The translations under genes and the position numbers were made by a program. DNA of 42,061 nt from Candidatus Thalassarchaeaceae archaeon. Its GTDB lineage: Archaea; Thermoplasmatota; Poseidoniia; Poseidoniales; Thalassarchaeaceae. This document shows positions 18,512 through 27,044 of this stretch, piece by piece (positions within the stretch are counted from its first letter, which is position 1; the number at the start of each line of letters is the position of its first letter). The stretch lies in assembly GCA_030747675.1 (NCBI GenBank), contig JASLKH010000077.1, positions 1 to 42,061 of the forward strand. Direction: 5' to 3'. The notes under the pieces are model-generated. The model searched no databases. It had not been told where the DNA came from and was given only the letters and a program-made list of their open reading frames with translations.

Positions 18512-18985
18512 ATGCGGAGGAGGGGGGACAAGGTGTGGTACCAACAAGGTGTACCATTCCTATGTCTGCCAGATTGTGGCAAATGCTGTAATCAACCTGG
18601 TGGCGTGGTATTTCTTGCCAGGCATGATGCGGCCAAACTTGCAACACATTTTTCGATGGAAGTAGAATCGTGGCTGGAACAAGATTGTAGAAGAAGTGCC
18701 GATGGTCGTTGGGTATTAAAATCAAAAGGTGAGGATGGAAGTTGTATTTATCTCAATGATGACAACCAATGCACAGTATATGACAGTAAACCAGATCAAT
18801 GTTCTGCATTTCCATGGTGGAATGAAAATATGCGTTCTACTAGAGATTGGCACAAAACAATCCAATTATGCCCAGGATTGAGACATCCTGATGCCAAAAA
18901 AATCCCTTTGCCAGTAATCCAATCACATTTGGATGCTGATGCTGTGGCCGAGAAGGGTTTTCGTGTTTGGAAAAACAAAATCTAA
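18512..18985 (+). CDS. YkgJ/UPF0153-family cysteine-cluster protein
   Basis: CLPDCGKCC, CIYLNDDNQCTVYDSKPDQCSAFPWW and CPG. Confidence 0.88.
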   Translation: MRRRGDKVWYQQGVPFLCLPDCGKCCNQPGGVVFLARHDAAKLATHFSMEVESWLEQDCRRSADGRWVLKSKGEDGSCIYLNDDNQCTVYDSKPDQCSAFPWWNENMRSTRDWHKTIQLCPGLRHPDAKKIPLPVIQSHLDADAVAEKGFRVWKNKI

Positions 18986-20860
18986 CTACTCTACAGAAAT
19001 CGGCAATAAAACTCTCCTTTTAAGTGGGCGTAGTATTGCTTTCATTTCTCTTTGAGGCTTCTTTGGAACCAATACTTTTCGGGATACTGGTTGCAATAAT
19101 TCACTAGGGTTGAAGTCTTCAACTTCAAGCCCCCTAACTCCAGTTGTTAAATCTCTTAATTTATCCAAATGCAATTCAATTGCTAGCATTCTATCAGCGA
19201 AGGATACCAATTCTGATTCACTAGCAGAACCAATCTGATCTGAAATCTCTGAAATTTCACTGGTCAATTCACGCAATTCAAATCGGTGCTCGTGAATTAC
19301 ATTTTCTAAACGACCAAGGGCATTATCAGTCAATGCCTCTAGATTTGAGCCTGCAAATAATTCCGGCTTTGAAGTCGCTGCTCTACTTCTAGCCTCAATC
19401 TCCTGTAAGTGGCCTCTTAATTGATCACCTGCAATTTTTTGTGCAGAATCATAAGAATTGGGTAACGATATTTGCGGGGGCTCGTAATCATCATTCCAAT
19501 CTAAACCCTTACTAATAATCTCGGCTCGATAATCTGCCGGCTCCGGTAAAACAGTATCTAACACATCAGAGACAATTTTAGCCCCAATAGAATCAGAATC
19601 TAATACCGTTTCGATTTCATTATCACGCATCAATGGTTCATTTCCCGATAGCAATGAAATTATCTCAGCTGTACCTATCAATTCAGCACCAGATTCTATA
19701 GAAAGACAAACTGTTTCGAACTCTGCCTTGGCCCTACTCCATTCACCTCTACACCTTGATGCAATTATTTTCAACTGCGGATCTGTGAGAGATACGCCCC
19801 TTGAAAGGGAATTTTTCCTGAGAAAAAGAAGTACTGTTTCCTCGGATGGTTGTTTGAGTTCTACGTGTACACCTGCCAAAATAGCCTGTCGAAGTCGCCC
19901 CACGGGAAGGCTATCTGAGGATAGTTTTCGAGAAGATGTCAGAACTACTTGAGCACCAATATCAATTGCCCAACCCACCAAATTTGCAAGTAAATCAGCA
20001 CCTTTTGGTCTTCTGATGATTCTATCTGTATCATCGATAAGTAGAGTGCTTGCTCTCATCAATAAGTCATCCCAACCATCAGGTAACTCTTCGGCAGGAA
20101 ATGTTTCTGATGTTATCAATCGAACATCTCGGTCAGGAATATTTGCTGCAAGAGAGTCCCCTATAGCCCAGAGCAAGTGACTTTTCCCCGAACTAGAAGG
20201 ACCGGAAATGAGGAGAGGGTTCAACCTTTTACCTGGGTAATCAATAACTTCGTTAGCAGCTTGAGTGGCCACTCTATTCGATGGGCCACGCTGCCATTTA
20301 CTGAAATTGGAATTCGGCCTTGGGGACAAAATTGGTGGCCAATAACCGGCATAATGTACTGAAGGTGACATCGGTTCAGTAATCTGAGGGCTGCCTAATT
20401 CTGCTTCAGTAAGTGGTTCTGGAGGCGAAATATGTCGTTGTTGATCAAGAACTTCTCTCCAAACTGGTCGGACACCGTCTCGATCTGTTGGAGAATCCTC
20501 GCCGACGACCCAGCGAGGTGTCCCCGGTGGTAATTCTGAAGGATCAACTTCCAATTCCAAAGGACTACTCTGGAGTATTCGAGATCGCATAGCTTCCATC
20601 CGAGAATGAACTGTTTCAGCATAATTTGTCTCATCGCCACTCAATATCGAAAGGCGGTCGAGAGGACCGGGGGCATCACTTGGTAAATCGTGACGTTCAA
20701 TGAAGCGCTGTTCGGAACGCTTCTTTTCTCTAATTGAAATATGGTCAAACAACGTACTCTTTTGTTCATTTTTCCGATCATCATCGCCTCCAGAATGACC
20801 AAGGAATCTTCGACTCCTTTCCATTGCTTCACGGAAATTGGAGCGGTTATGGATACTCAT
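18986..20860 (-). CDS. DnaA-like AAA+ ATPase (domain III only) with a disordered N-terminus and helical C-terminus
   Basis: NFSKWQRGPSNRVATQAANEVIDYPGKRLNPLLISGPSSSGKSHLLWAIG; LLIDD; QVVLTSSR; GRLRQAILAG; ELKQPSEET follow the DnaA domain III motifs in order. No domain IV HTH was recognised. Confidence 0.8.
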   Translation of the reverse strand: MSIHNRSNFREAMERSRRFLGHSGGDDDRKNEQKSTLFDHISIREKKRSEQRFIERHDLPSDAPGPLDRLSILSGDETNYAETVHSRMEAMRSRILQSSPLELEVDPSELPPGTPRWVVGEDSPTDRDGVRPVWREVLDQQRHISPPEPLTEAELGSPQITEPMSPSVHYAGYWPPILSPRPNSNFSKWQRGPSNRVATQAANEVIDYPGKRLNPLLISGPSSSGKSHLLWAIGDSLAANIPDRDVRLITSETFPAEELPDGWDDLLMRASTLLIDDTDRIIRRPKGADLLANLVGWAIDIGAQVVLTSSRKLSSDSLPVGRLRQAILAGVHVELKQPSEETVLLFLRKNSLSRGVSLTDPQLKIIASRCRGEWSRAKAEFETVCLSIESGAELIGTAEIISLLSGNEPLMRDNEIETVLDSDSIGAKIVSDVLDTVLPEPADYRAEIISKGLDWNDDYEPPQISLPNSYDSAQKIAGDQLRGHLQEIEARSRAATSKPELFAGSNLEALTDNALGRLENVIHEHRFELRELTSEISEISDQIGSASESELVSFADRMLAIELHLDKLRDLTTGVRGLEVEDFNPSELLQPVSRKVLVPKKPQREMKAILRPLKRRVLLPISVE

Positions 20861-22884
20861 TTTTCGGCCTCCTCTAAGGACATTAGTGCGTTCTCAGGAT
20901 TAATCTCAAACATATCAATGATGTGTTTAGTTTCAATTCCTTTTTCGTCTAATAATTTAATCCTCTGCCAAATCGTTGATTCCTTATTGCCTCTTGCAGA
21001 AAAAGCATTCTCCATTGTGTGAATTCCAGATTTTTCTAAATCTGCTAACCTACCCGTCAAATGTAGTGTACGCTGAGCCTTACTACTTGCTTCCCTTACA
21101 GCATCGTTTGATGTTAAAGGTGGGGCTTGAATTTCTTGTTCAGAACCTGATGCCGCTCTAATTGCTGCATTCATACCAATTAATCGCATGTCAGGTTCAT
21201 CTTCAACACCAAAATCATTGCTGATTAGGCGTACTCGATTTGAGGCTGAATCAAGTACATCGCGACGACTTATTGCATCACCTGGAATGTTAACAGCGGC
21301 TTCGACATCTGTGGCTTTTGAAGCAGCCAATGCTAGACCATCTCGGGACAATTTTGTTGAGTCTTCAAAGAGTAATTCTCCAACTTCTTGTTTTACTTTC
21401 CCTGAATCTGGGAGGGCTTTCCTAATTCGCTTAACACGGCGGACTCTGCGGGGAGAATTACCTCTGTGGTTCACCGTAGGTTTCCTTGGGCCTTTGACTT
21501 CAATTTCTATTGGCTTAATCTGTTCGGTTTCGACTGGCTCTTTTTCAATTAATTCTGGAATTTCATCAACGATTTCAACAGAATCATCTGTACTGGTTTC
21601 AACGCCTCTATTTGCTGAAGGGGCTAATGCCCATTCAGGTAAATTGTCATCGTCTTCTTCAACGGTTCCACCATCCTCGAACGATGATGTAGCCTTTGTT
21701 GCAACATCTCCAAGTTCACTGTGCCTCTCTTCCCGCCAAGCCTCAACCAAACCACTAATGGAATATCGATTGACATCTTGGGATGGTAGCGGATCCGTAG
21801 ATTCAGGTTGAATTAATTCGGATTCAATCGGGTCTGGTATTTCAATTGCAATCCAATCGTCTGAGCAAAACGGATGCCCCTCCAAGCGTGCAGGTCTCTC
21901 AGCCCAATGAATCACTCTCTCATTGTTTAGCACATCGATTTCACGCGACAGAATTGATCGCTGGCGAGAATCCCAAACATCTAGATCCGCTGGCATTAAA
22001 AGCAAATTTTCCGATGTGGTAAATGTATCAACCAATGAGCGAATGAAATCGAGAGTTCGGTTGAAACCGTGATACCCTGAAAGAAATTCAAGACCATCTA
22101 AAACGATACATGCTCGAGTATTTCCGAATAAGAAATCATTAATCTTACGACGTATTTCTTCGAGAGCAACGCTGAGAGTATTTTCCCCACTACCCTTTTC
22201 AGTTAACCATGCAGTCAAATCTACTGGAATCCCCATTTCCGATTCCAACCGATTGGTAGGTATTCTTGAAATCACCAAAAGTGGATGCCCTATAGACCCT
22301 AGGTGGGATGCAATCTGAATTGTTTCTGTTGGAGAAGGAGAGTCAATTAACGCCACCATGCCCGGCAATATTTCTGAACCTGGGTGGAATGGCAGAGGTG
22401 GTAAATTCGAATCTAGAATTTCCTCTACTTGTTCGTCTTGATCGGTCCAATCATCGAGTTTTTTCCATTGCCTCTTCTTGCGTTGTCTTTCTCGCCACCA
22501 CAATTCAGACTCATCTGAATCAGCCCATTGAATGGATTCCCCTGCATCTAAATGGAGGCGTGCCAAGGGATGTAAATCTTCTATGATATCTAAATTAATA
22601 TCTAAGTGACATGACAATTGGCTACCTTCCAACCTTGATGCTTCTTGAAATGCACCTAGCGCCGTATGCCCAATCATCAAAGTTCCATCTGATGTTTCAA
22701 ACAGCACCATTGAAGGTGTCCCTTCACGAATGGTGATTTGCCCCACTGCACCTCCTAGTGCTCCTGCTTCACAACGAATGTAGCCCGTTTCGGAACGTTT
22801 CTGCATATCGACCAAAAGAAGTTCGAGAACACCAGCGCCACCACGCCGAGATTCCGTCAAATTGCCCCTAGGTAGTTCGACCAT
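20857..22884 (-). CDS. DUF835-domain protein with an N-terminal DUF2226/PATAN-like domain and acidic C-terminal tail
   Basis: The central region LVISRIP...AWLTEKGSGENTL...IVLDGLEFLSGYHGFNRTLDFIRSLVD...QRSILSREI fits DUF835. The N-terminus MVELPRG...LLVDMQKRSETGYIR...GQITIREGTPSMVLFE resembles DUF2226/DUF4388. Its stop overlaps the next ATG. Confidence 0.8.
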   Translation of the reverse strand: MVELPRGNLTESRRGGAGVLELLLVDMQKRSETGYIRCEAGALGGAVGQITIREGTPSMVLFETSDGTLMIGHTALGAFQEASRLEGSQLSCHLDINLDIIEDLHPLARLHLDAGESIQWADSDESELWWRERQRKKRQWKKLDDWTDQDEQVEEILDSNLPPLPFHPGSEILPGMVALIDSPSPTETIQIASHLGSIGHPLLVISRIPTNRLESEMGIPVDLTAWLTEKGSGENTLSVALEEIRRKINDFLFGNTRACIVLDGLEFLSGYHGFNRTLDFIRSLVDTFTTSENLLLMPADLDVWDSRQRSILSREIDVLNNERVIHWAERPARLEGHPFCSDDWIAIEIPDPIESELIQPESTDPLPSQDVNRYSISGLVEAWREERHSELGDVATKATSSFEDGGTVEEDDDNLPEWALAPSANRGVETSTDDSVEIVDEIPELIEKEPVETEQIKPIEIEVKGPRKPTVNHRGNSPRRVRRVKRIRKALPDSGKVKQEVGELLFEDSTKLSRDGLALAASKATDVEAAVNIPGDAISRRDVLDSASNRVRLISNDFGVEDEPDMRLIGMNAAIRAASGSEQEIQAPPLTSNDAVREASSKAQRTLHLTGRLADLEKSGIHTMENAFSARGNKESTIWQRIKLLDEKGIETKHIIDMFEINPENALMSLEEAEK

Positions 22885-22930
22885 GCAGTCACCGACGCTA
22901 CGCGTCGTCTACACACACCTCTTGAATCAA

Positions 22931-22950
22931 CCGCCCCCCATAGGGGGCGG
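22931..22950. other. Perfect GC-only hairpin CCGCCCCC-CATA-GGGGGCGG in a divergent intergenic region
   Basis: 8-bp stem (22931-22938 with 22943-22950) and a 4-nt loop; a T6 tract follows at 22958-22963. Confidence 0.55.
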
Positions 22951-23016
22951 GGTGCTGTTTTTTGGAGAAGATGTTAGAAGCGGTATGATTGAGACGTAGA
23001 GGTGTTTCGGAGGTTC

Positions 23017-23682
23017 ATGGCTGAAACCCCAAAGGGCACCCGGAAAATGTCCGACACTGAAGTGGGGGATTCATGGGTCGATTCTGCCCTGGTGTGGAAA
23101 AAAACATTTTATCAACTCTTAATTTTAGGTGTCGCATCGACAGCAACAAATTGGCTGACTCAAAGCACTACAATCTGGATATTCTATCTAGTCGTAACCA
23201 TACTACTAATTTGGAAAACTACATCCCAAATATCAGAAAAAAAAGAGGTTTTAGAGATAATTTCCCTTAGTGAAGGGCATCCATGGCATGATTCAGAAGG
23301 AACAGGAAAAGCATCAGTATTTGTTTCAGACTCCAATTTGGAATGGGTCAAATTAAAGACAAATGTTAGAGTAATCGTAACAAAGGATCCCTTACTTCCA
23401 AGATGGATTCTAAGAGAAGAGGACATTGAGGGGGCAATTATTGCTCGGTGGGATCAAAAGCCGCATGAAAATTTCATACCATTACTAAATATGGCTCAAG
23501 CACTAGCAGATGCCCAAAACAGGAGTTTGGATTCAGAGGACCCTATTGAAGAAGCCAGAGCAAGAGAAGATGTCGGAGAAAGCTTACTTGAGCGCGAATG
23601 GGAAGATACCGAACCAGGTAGTACTAATTACAAACCGGGAGCGCTTTTACGTTCCTTCAAAAACAAAGATGAGGGCGAATGA
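23017..23682 (+). CDS. Hypothetical membrane protein
   Basis: Two N-terminal TM segments and an acidic C-terminus; GGAGG precedes the ATG at 23017 (ORF is open from 23002). Confidence 0.7.
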   Translation: MAETPKGTRKMSDTEVGDSWVDSALVWKKTFYQLLILGVASTATNWLTQSTTIWIFYLVVTILLIWKTTSQISEKKEVLEIISLSEGHPWHDSEGTGKASVFVSDSNLEWVKLKTNVRVIVTKDPLLPRWILREEDIEGAIIARWDQKPHENFIPLLNMAQALADAQNRSLDSEDPIEEARAREDVGESLLEREWEDTEPGSTNYKPGALLRSFKNKDEGE

Positions 23683-23756
23683 AAATCAGTTGAATCGGTT
23701 TAAACTGACTTTTACCGACCCACAATATCATTAGAGGCCCGTTTTGGCTCACTTCA

Positions 23757-24407
23757 ATGACATGGCGCGACCGACTTGGTGAGTTGCCTATCGAACAACG
23801 CAACCTCATAGAGGGTGGGGGGTTGTCTCAAAGATTTTCCAAAATGCCACTTGGAATCACTCATCCCGCTTTAATTGGTGCATTTTATGGTATTCTAATC
23901 ACATTGACACTACTATTGCCATTAGGTGAGAATAGTAATTGGCAGAAAAATTGGGTTAGAGATTGGGCATGGATTGGAGTTTGGATTATTCTTCTCAATG
24001 CAATCGTAAGTCACATTTCGCTCCTCGTTGCAGGTATTCTGCGTAGGCCCCCGGTTTCATTACCTCGATCAATTGTTTATCCTATGCCATTTTTGGGATT
24101 AATTTTATTCACAATTATTTTGATTACAGACCTGGAAAATAATTTGCCTGACCCACTAATTTTACCAGCACAATACTTTTCTTTGATGTTATTACTTATC
24201 CCTGGCCCAATTTACGTTCATATGACATGGGCTCCACGATGGAGATTATTGTGTAAACTTGAAGATAATCTTGATCCTTTCGAAGGTGAGATTTATACTC
24301 CAAAAAAGACTGAATTAGAAGATTTACAAAGTGATGCTGATTTTGATAGTGCAATAGAAAGCATAGAAAAAGAGCCCCCATTAATCAATCAAAATGAAGA
24401 AGAATGA
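23757..24407 (+). CDS. Hypothetical membrane protein (about 4 TM)
   Basis: 216-aa ORF with four hydrophobic segments and an acidic tail; its stop abuts the convergent stop at 24408. Confidence 0.72.
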   Translation: MTWRDRLGELPIEQRNLIEGGGLSQRFSKMPLGITHPALIGAFYGILITLTLLLPLGENSNWQKNWVRDWAWIGVWIILLNAIVSHISLLVAGILRRPPVSLPRSIVYPMPFLGLILFTIILITDLENNLPDPLILPAQYFSLMLLLIPGPIYVHMTWAPRWRLLCKLEDNLDPFEGEIYTPKKTELEDLQSDADFDSAIESIEKEPPLINQNEEE

Positions 24408-25634
24408 TTAGATTAGGCCGACCTTTCTACCTGCCAATTCATAACCGGATAAAATTGCATCTAATTGTGCTATTGATAATCCTGCAGACAATTGATTTCG
24501 AACTCTTGCTGCATCTCTAGCCACCATTGGGAACACAATCGCTCCAGCAACAATTCCTTCTGAACGAAGAGCTGATACCAATTCCTTCGCTGTTCGGCTT
24601 TCTCCACACATCACTGGTATGATTGGAGTTGTAGAATGACCCAAATCAAACCCTAGGCTTTCCATTTCAGCACGGAATCGATTAGTATTATCCCAAAGGC
24701 GCGCATGGTGCTCAGGTTCAGTCATTAGTACCTCTACCGCTGCCTTCTGAGCTGCTGCAACTCCTGGTGGCTGGCTGCCAGATAAAAGCCAAGATCTAGA
24801 ATGATTCAACGCATGAGTCCTCATTTGTTCACTTCCAGCAACAATGCCTCCTTGGACGCCAAGGGCCTTCGAAAATGAACCGATTTCAAAATCAACTCGT
24901 CCTTGGAGTCCAAAATGATCTACGATCCCAGCACCTCCTTGCCCAAGCACGCCCTCTCCATGACAATCATCAACGAATATCATGGCGTTATGCTGTTCCG
25001 CTAATTCTGTGATTTCATCCAATGGGCAGATGTCTCCGTCCATAGAAAATACTCCATCTGTAATAATCAACTTTCTTTCAGCATCAGAATGTGATTTCAA
25101 AGCAATCTCGAGACCTGACATGTCATTATGAGGATATACTGCCCTCTGGGCCTTTGTCAGACGCACGCCATCAATGATTGAACCGTGATTTAATTCATCT
25201 GAAATTATGACGTCTTGTTTCCCCTGGACAAGCGTAGGTATCAAACCAACATTTGCGGTGTAACCTGCACTATAGATTAAACTCGCTTCAACACCTTTGA
25301 ATTTGGCCACGGCTTTCTCAGCTGCAAGATGGATGTCCATTGTTCCCGAAATGGCCCTTACAGATCCACTTCCAGCGCCATACTTCTTAGTTGCTTTAAC
25401 CATTGCATCCTTGACTTTAGGGTGGGTGGTTAAATTTAGATAATTATTTGCTGAAAGCATAATCATACGTTCCCCGTCAACAGTACATTCGGGTTCACTT
25501 GCACTTTCAAGGGTGGGCGGTTCCCAATTCAAACCACCTGCAACCAACTCTTTGTAGCGCTCAGCCATCCACTGATGTTCGCGTGCCATGCTACGCGACT
25601 GTTCAATTGGCTGTTGATGCTTACGCCAAGACAT
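24408..25634 (-). CDS. kbl: Glycine C-acetyltransferase (Kbl) / 8-amino-7-oxononanoate synthase family PLP enzyme
   Basis: LSANNYLNL, GSGSVRAISGT, SDELNHGSIIDG, ITDGVFSMDGD, VDDCHGEG and GSFSKALG (PLP Lys). Kbl is favoured over BioF, but the motifs do not settle it. Confidence 0.8.
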   Translation of the reverse strand: MSWRKHQQPIEQSRSMAREHQWMAERYKELVAGGLNWEPPTLESASEPECTVDGERMIMLSANNYLNLTTHPKVKDAMVKATKKYGAGSGSVRAISGTMDIHLAAEKAVAKFKGVEASLIYSAGYTANVGLIPTLVQGKQDVIISDELNHGSIIDGVRLTKAQRAVYPHNDMSGLEIALKSHSDAERKLIITDGVFSMDGDICPLDEITELAEQHNAMIFVDDCHGEGVLGQGGAGIVDHFGLQGRVDFEIGSFSKALGVQGGIVAGSEQMRTHALNHSRSWLLSGSQPPGVAAAQKAAVEVLMTEPEHHARLWDNTNRFRAEMESLGFDLGHSTTPIIPVMCGESRTAKELVSALRSEGIVAGAIVFPMVARDAARVRNQLSAGLSIAQLDAILSGYELAGRKVGLI

Positions 25635-25662
25635 TCATGGCGGAAGGTGTCTAGGGCCACCT

Positions 25663-26547
25663 ATGCGGAGTGTGCGAGTAACCGTTCTTGGTTCCGCCCA
25701 AGATGGTGGTTTTCCACAACCCGGATGTCAAAAAAAATGCTGTAATGTTGAGCCAAGTATGGAACTTCAAAGATTCCCCGTAGCCCTTGGAATCATGGGT
25801 TTAGATGGCACATTCCATTTAATTGAAGCGAGTCGAATGATGGAGAGGCAATTTAGGATATTGCAAGAAATTCTTGGAAAGTATCCCCCTGTACCGACTT
25901 CAATTAGCCTCACGCACACTCATTTGGGGCATATCGACGGATTAGGTTTACTTGGCAAAGAAGTGATGGGTGCAGAAGGGGTGATTGTTCATTGTAGCGA
26001 ATCTGTCGCTAGATTAATCAGAATTACACCTGCGTATCAAGAATTGATTAATCAAGATGCAATCGTCGTTCAAGTGTGGAATCAGTCTGAATCCTTTGAA
26101 CCATCTCCCAATTGTGGTTTTTCCATCAGGCCGATTCCTGTACCGCATCGCTCCGAATTAAGTGATAACCACGCGCTTATTATCGAGAGCCCTGGTTGCA
26201 ACTTACTGTTTATGCCCGACCACGACAGTTGGTTAGACACCTTGAAATCCCGAACTATTAGGGAATGGCTGTCGGAATTAAATATCGATATTGCCTTAAT
26301 CGATGGTACATTTTGGGACTCCAATGAACTCCCTAACCGCGATATGAAGAATATTCCACACCCCACTATACTAGATTCATTAGAACGACTGGGGCAAAGA
26401 CAAAATTCTGATCCTGAAATTCTCTTTTTCCACTTAAATCACACAAATCCTCTTTGCAACCCAAATTCAAGGGAGAGCAAAGAATTACAATTATTAGGAT
26501 GGGGTATTGCAAAAGAAGGGGATTCGTTCACCCTTGAACAGTTATGA
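25663..26547 (+). CDS. PqqB-like metallo-beta-lactamase-fold hydrolase
   Basis: VLGSAQDGGFPQPGCQKKCC, LTHTHLGHIDGL, PVPHRSE, MPDHD, IDGTFW, IPHP and HLNHTNP. Confidence 0.82.
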   Translation: MRSVRVTVLGSAQDGGFPQPGCQKKCCNVEPSMELQRFPVALGIMGLDGTFHLIEASRMMERQFRILQEILGKYPPVPTSISLTHTHLGHIDGLGLLGKEVMGAEGVIVHCSESVARLIRITPAYQELINQDAIVVQVWNQSESFEPSPNCGFSIRPIPVPHRSELSDNHALIIESPGCNLLFMPDHDSWLDTLKSRTIREWLSELNIDIALIDGTFWDSNELPNRDMKNIPHPTILDSLERLGQRQNSDPEILFFHLNHTNPLCNPNSRESKELQLLGWGIAKEGDSFTLEQL

Positions 26548-27044
26548 GGTTTGACGTTCGCGGCCACGATATGCGCCTTTCCGGACACGTCAGCAGCGGA
26601 CTAGGGAGAGCCCATATTTTCATGGCACAACCTCACTATCAAGACCAATTTCGCGCTGTTTTGGGCAATACTGCATGGCCTGGAACTTTGAATATCAAAG
26701 TCTCTGGCGATGATTTAGTCAAATATGTCGCTTTGAGGAGGCATTCTGGAATCGACACACCCGATCTAGAAGTTACAATTCATGACGGTGTTGAAAATGT
26801 GAATCTTGACAACATTGAATCTATCCGGATTCGGGGGTTTCTTCGTGAAGGGAGATCATTTGGTGGGGCTACTTCTTTCACTTCCACAATTTCTAACAAA
26901 GGAGAAAATGAACGGTTACCTTGCTCTATTTTAATCCCAGATTTAACACGACATGTCGATGTTGTTGAAGTCATTGCTATCGAATTTCTTCGAGAGCATT
27001 TGAACCTAAAAGATGGTGACTTAGTGAATTTAGAAATTAATTGA
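26544..27044 (+). CDS. ribK: CTP-dependent riboflavin kinase (archaeal, DUF120)
   Basis: SGHVSSGLGRA, WPGTLNI, ILIPDLTRH...VVEVIA...LREHLNLKDGD. Alternative start at 26571. Confidence 0.85.
   Translation: MRFDVRGHDMRLSGHVSSGLGRAHIFMAQPHYQDQFRAVLGNTAWPGTLNIKVSGDDLVKYVALRRHSGIDTPDLEVTIHDGVENVNLDNIESIRIRGFLREGRSFGGATSFTSTISNKGENERLPCSILIPDLTRHVDVVEVIAIEFLREHLNLKDGDLVNLEIN

Noticed and set aside
21188-21811. 207-aa Ser-rich plus-strand ORF
   Set aside because: It lies entirely antisense to the acidic tail of the DUF835 gene, and its composition is what reverse-complemented Glu/Asp codons produce. The same applies to 12853..13281 and 29360..29644.
22931-22963. GC hairpin plus T6 as a bacterial-style intrinsic terminator
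   Set aside because: It lies between divergent genes, so no annotated transcript would end here, and the T tract is 7 nt from the stem. It is kept only as an unexplained structure.
25663-26547. Evidence for PQQ biosynthesis
   Set aside because: No pqqA, pqqC, pqqD or pqqE is nearby. The adjacent genes are ribK and kbl, and the window's radical SAM protein is not PqqE-like.
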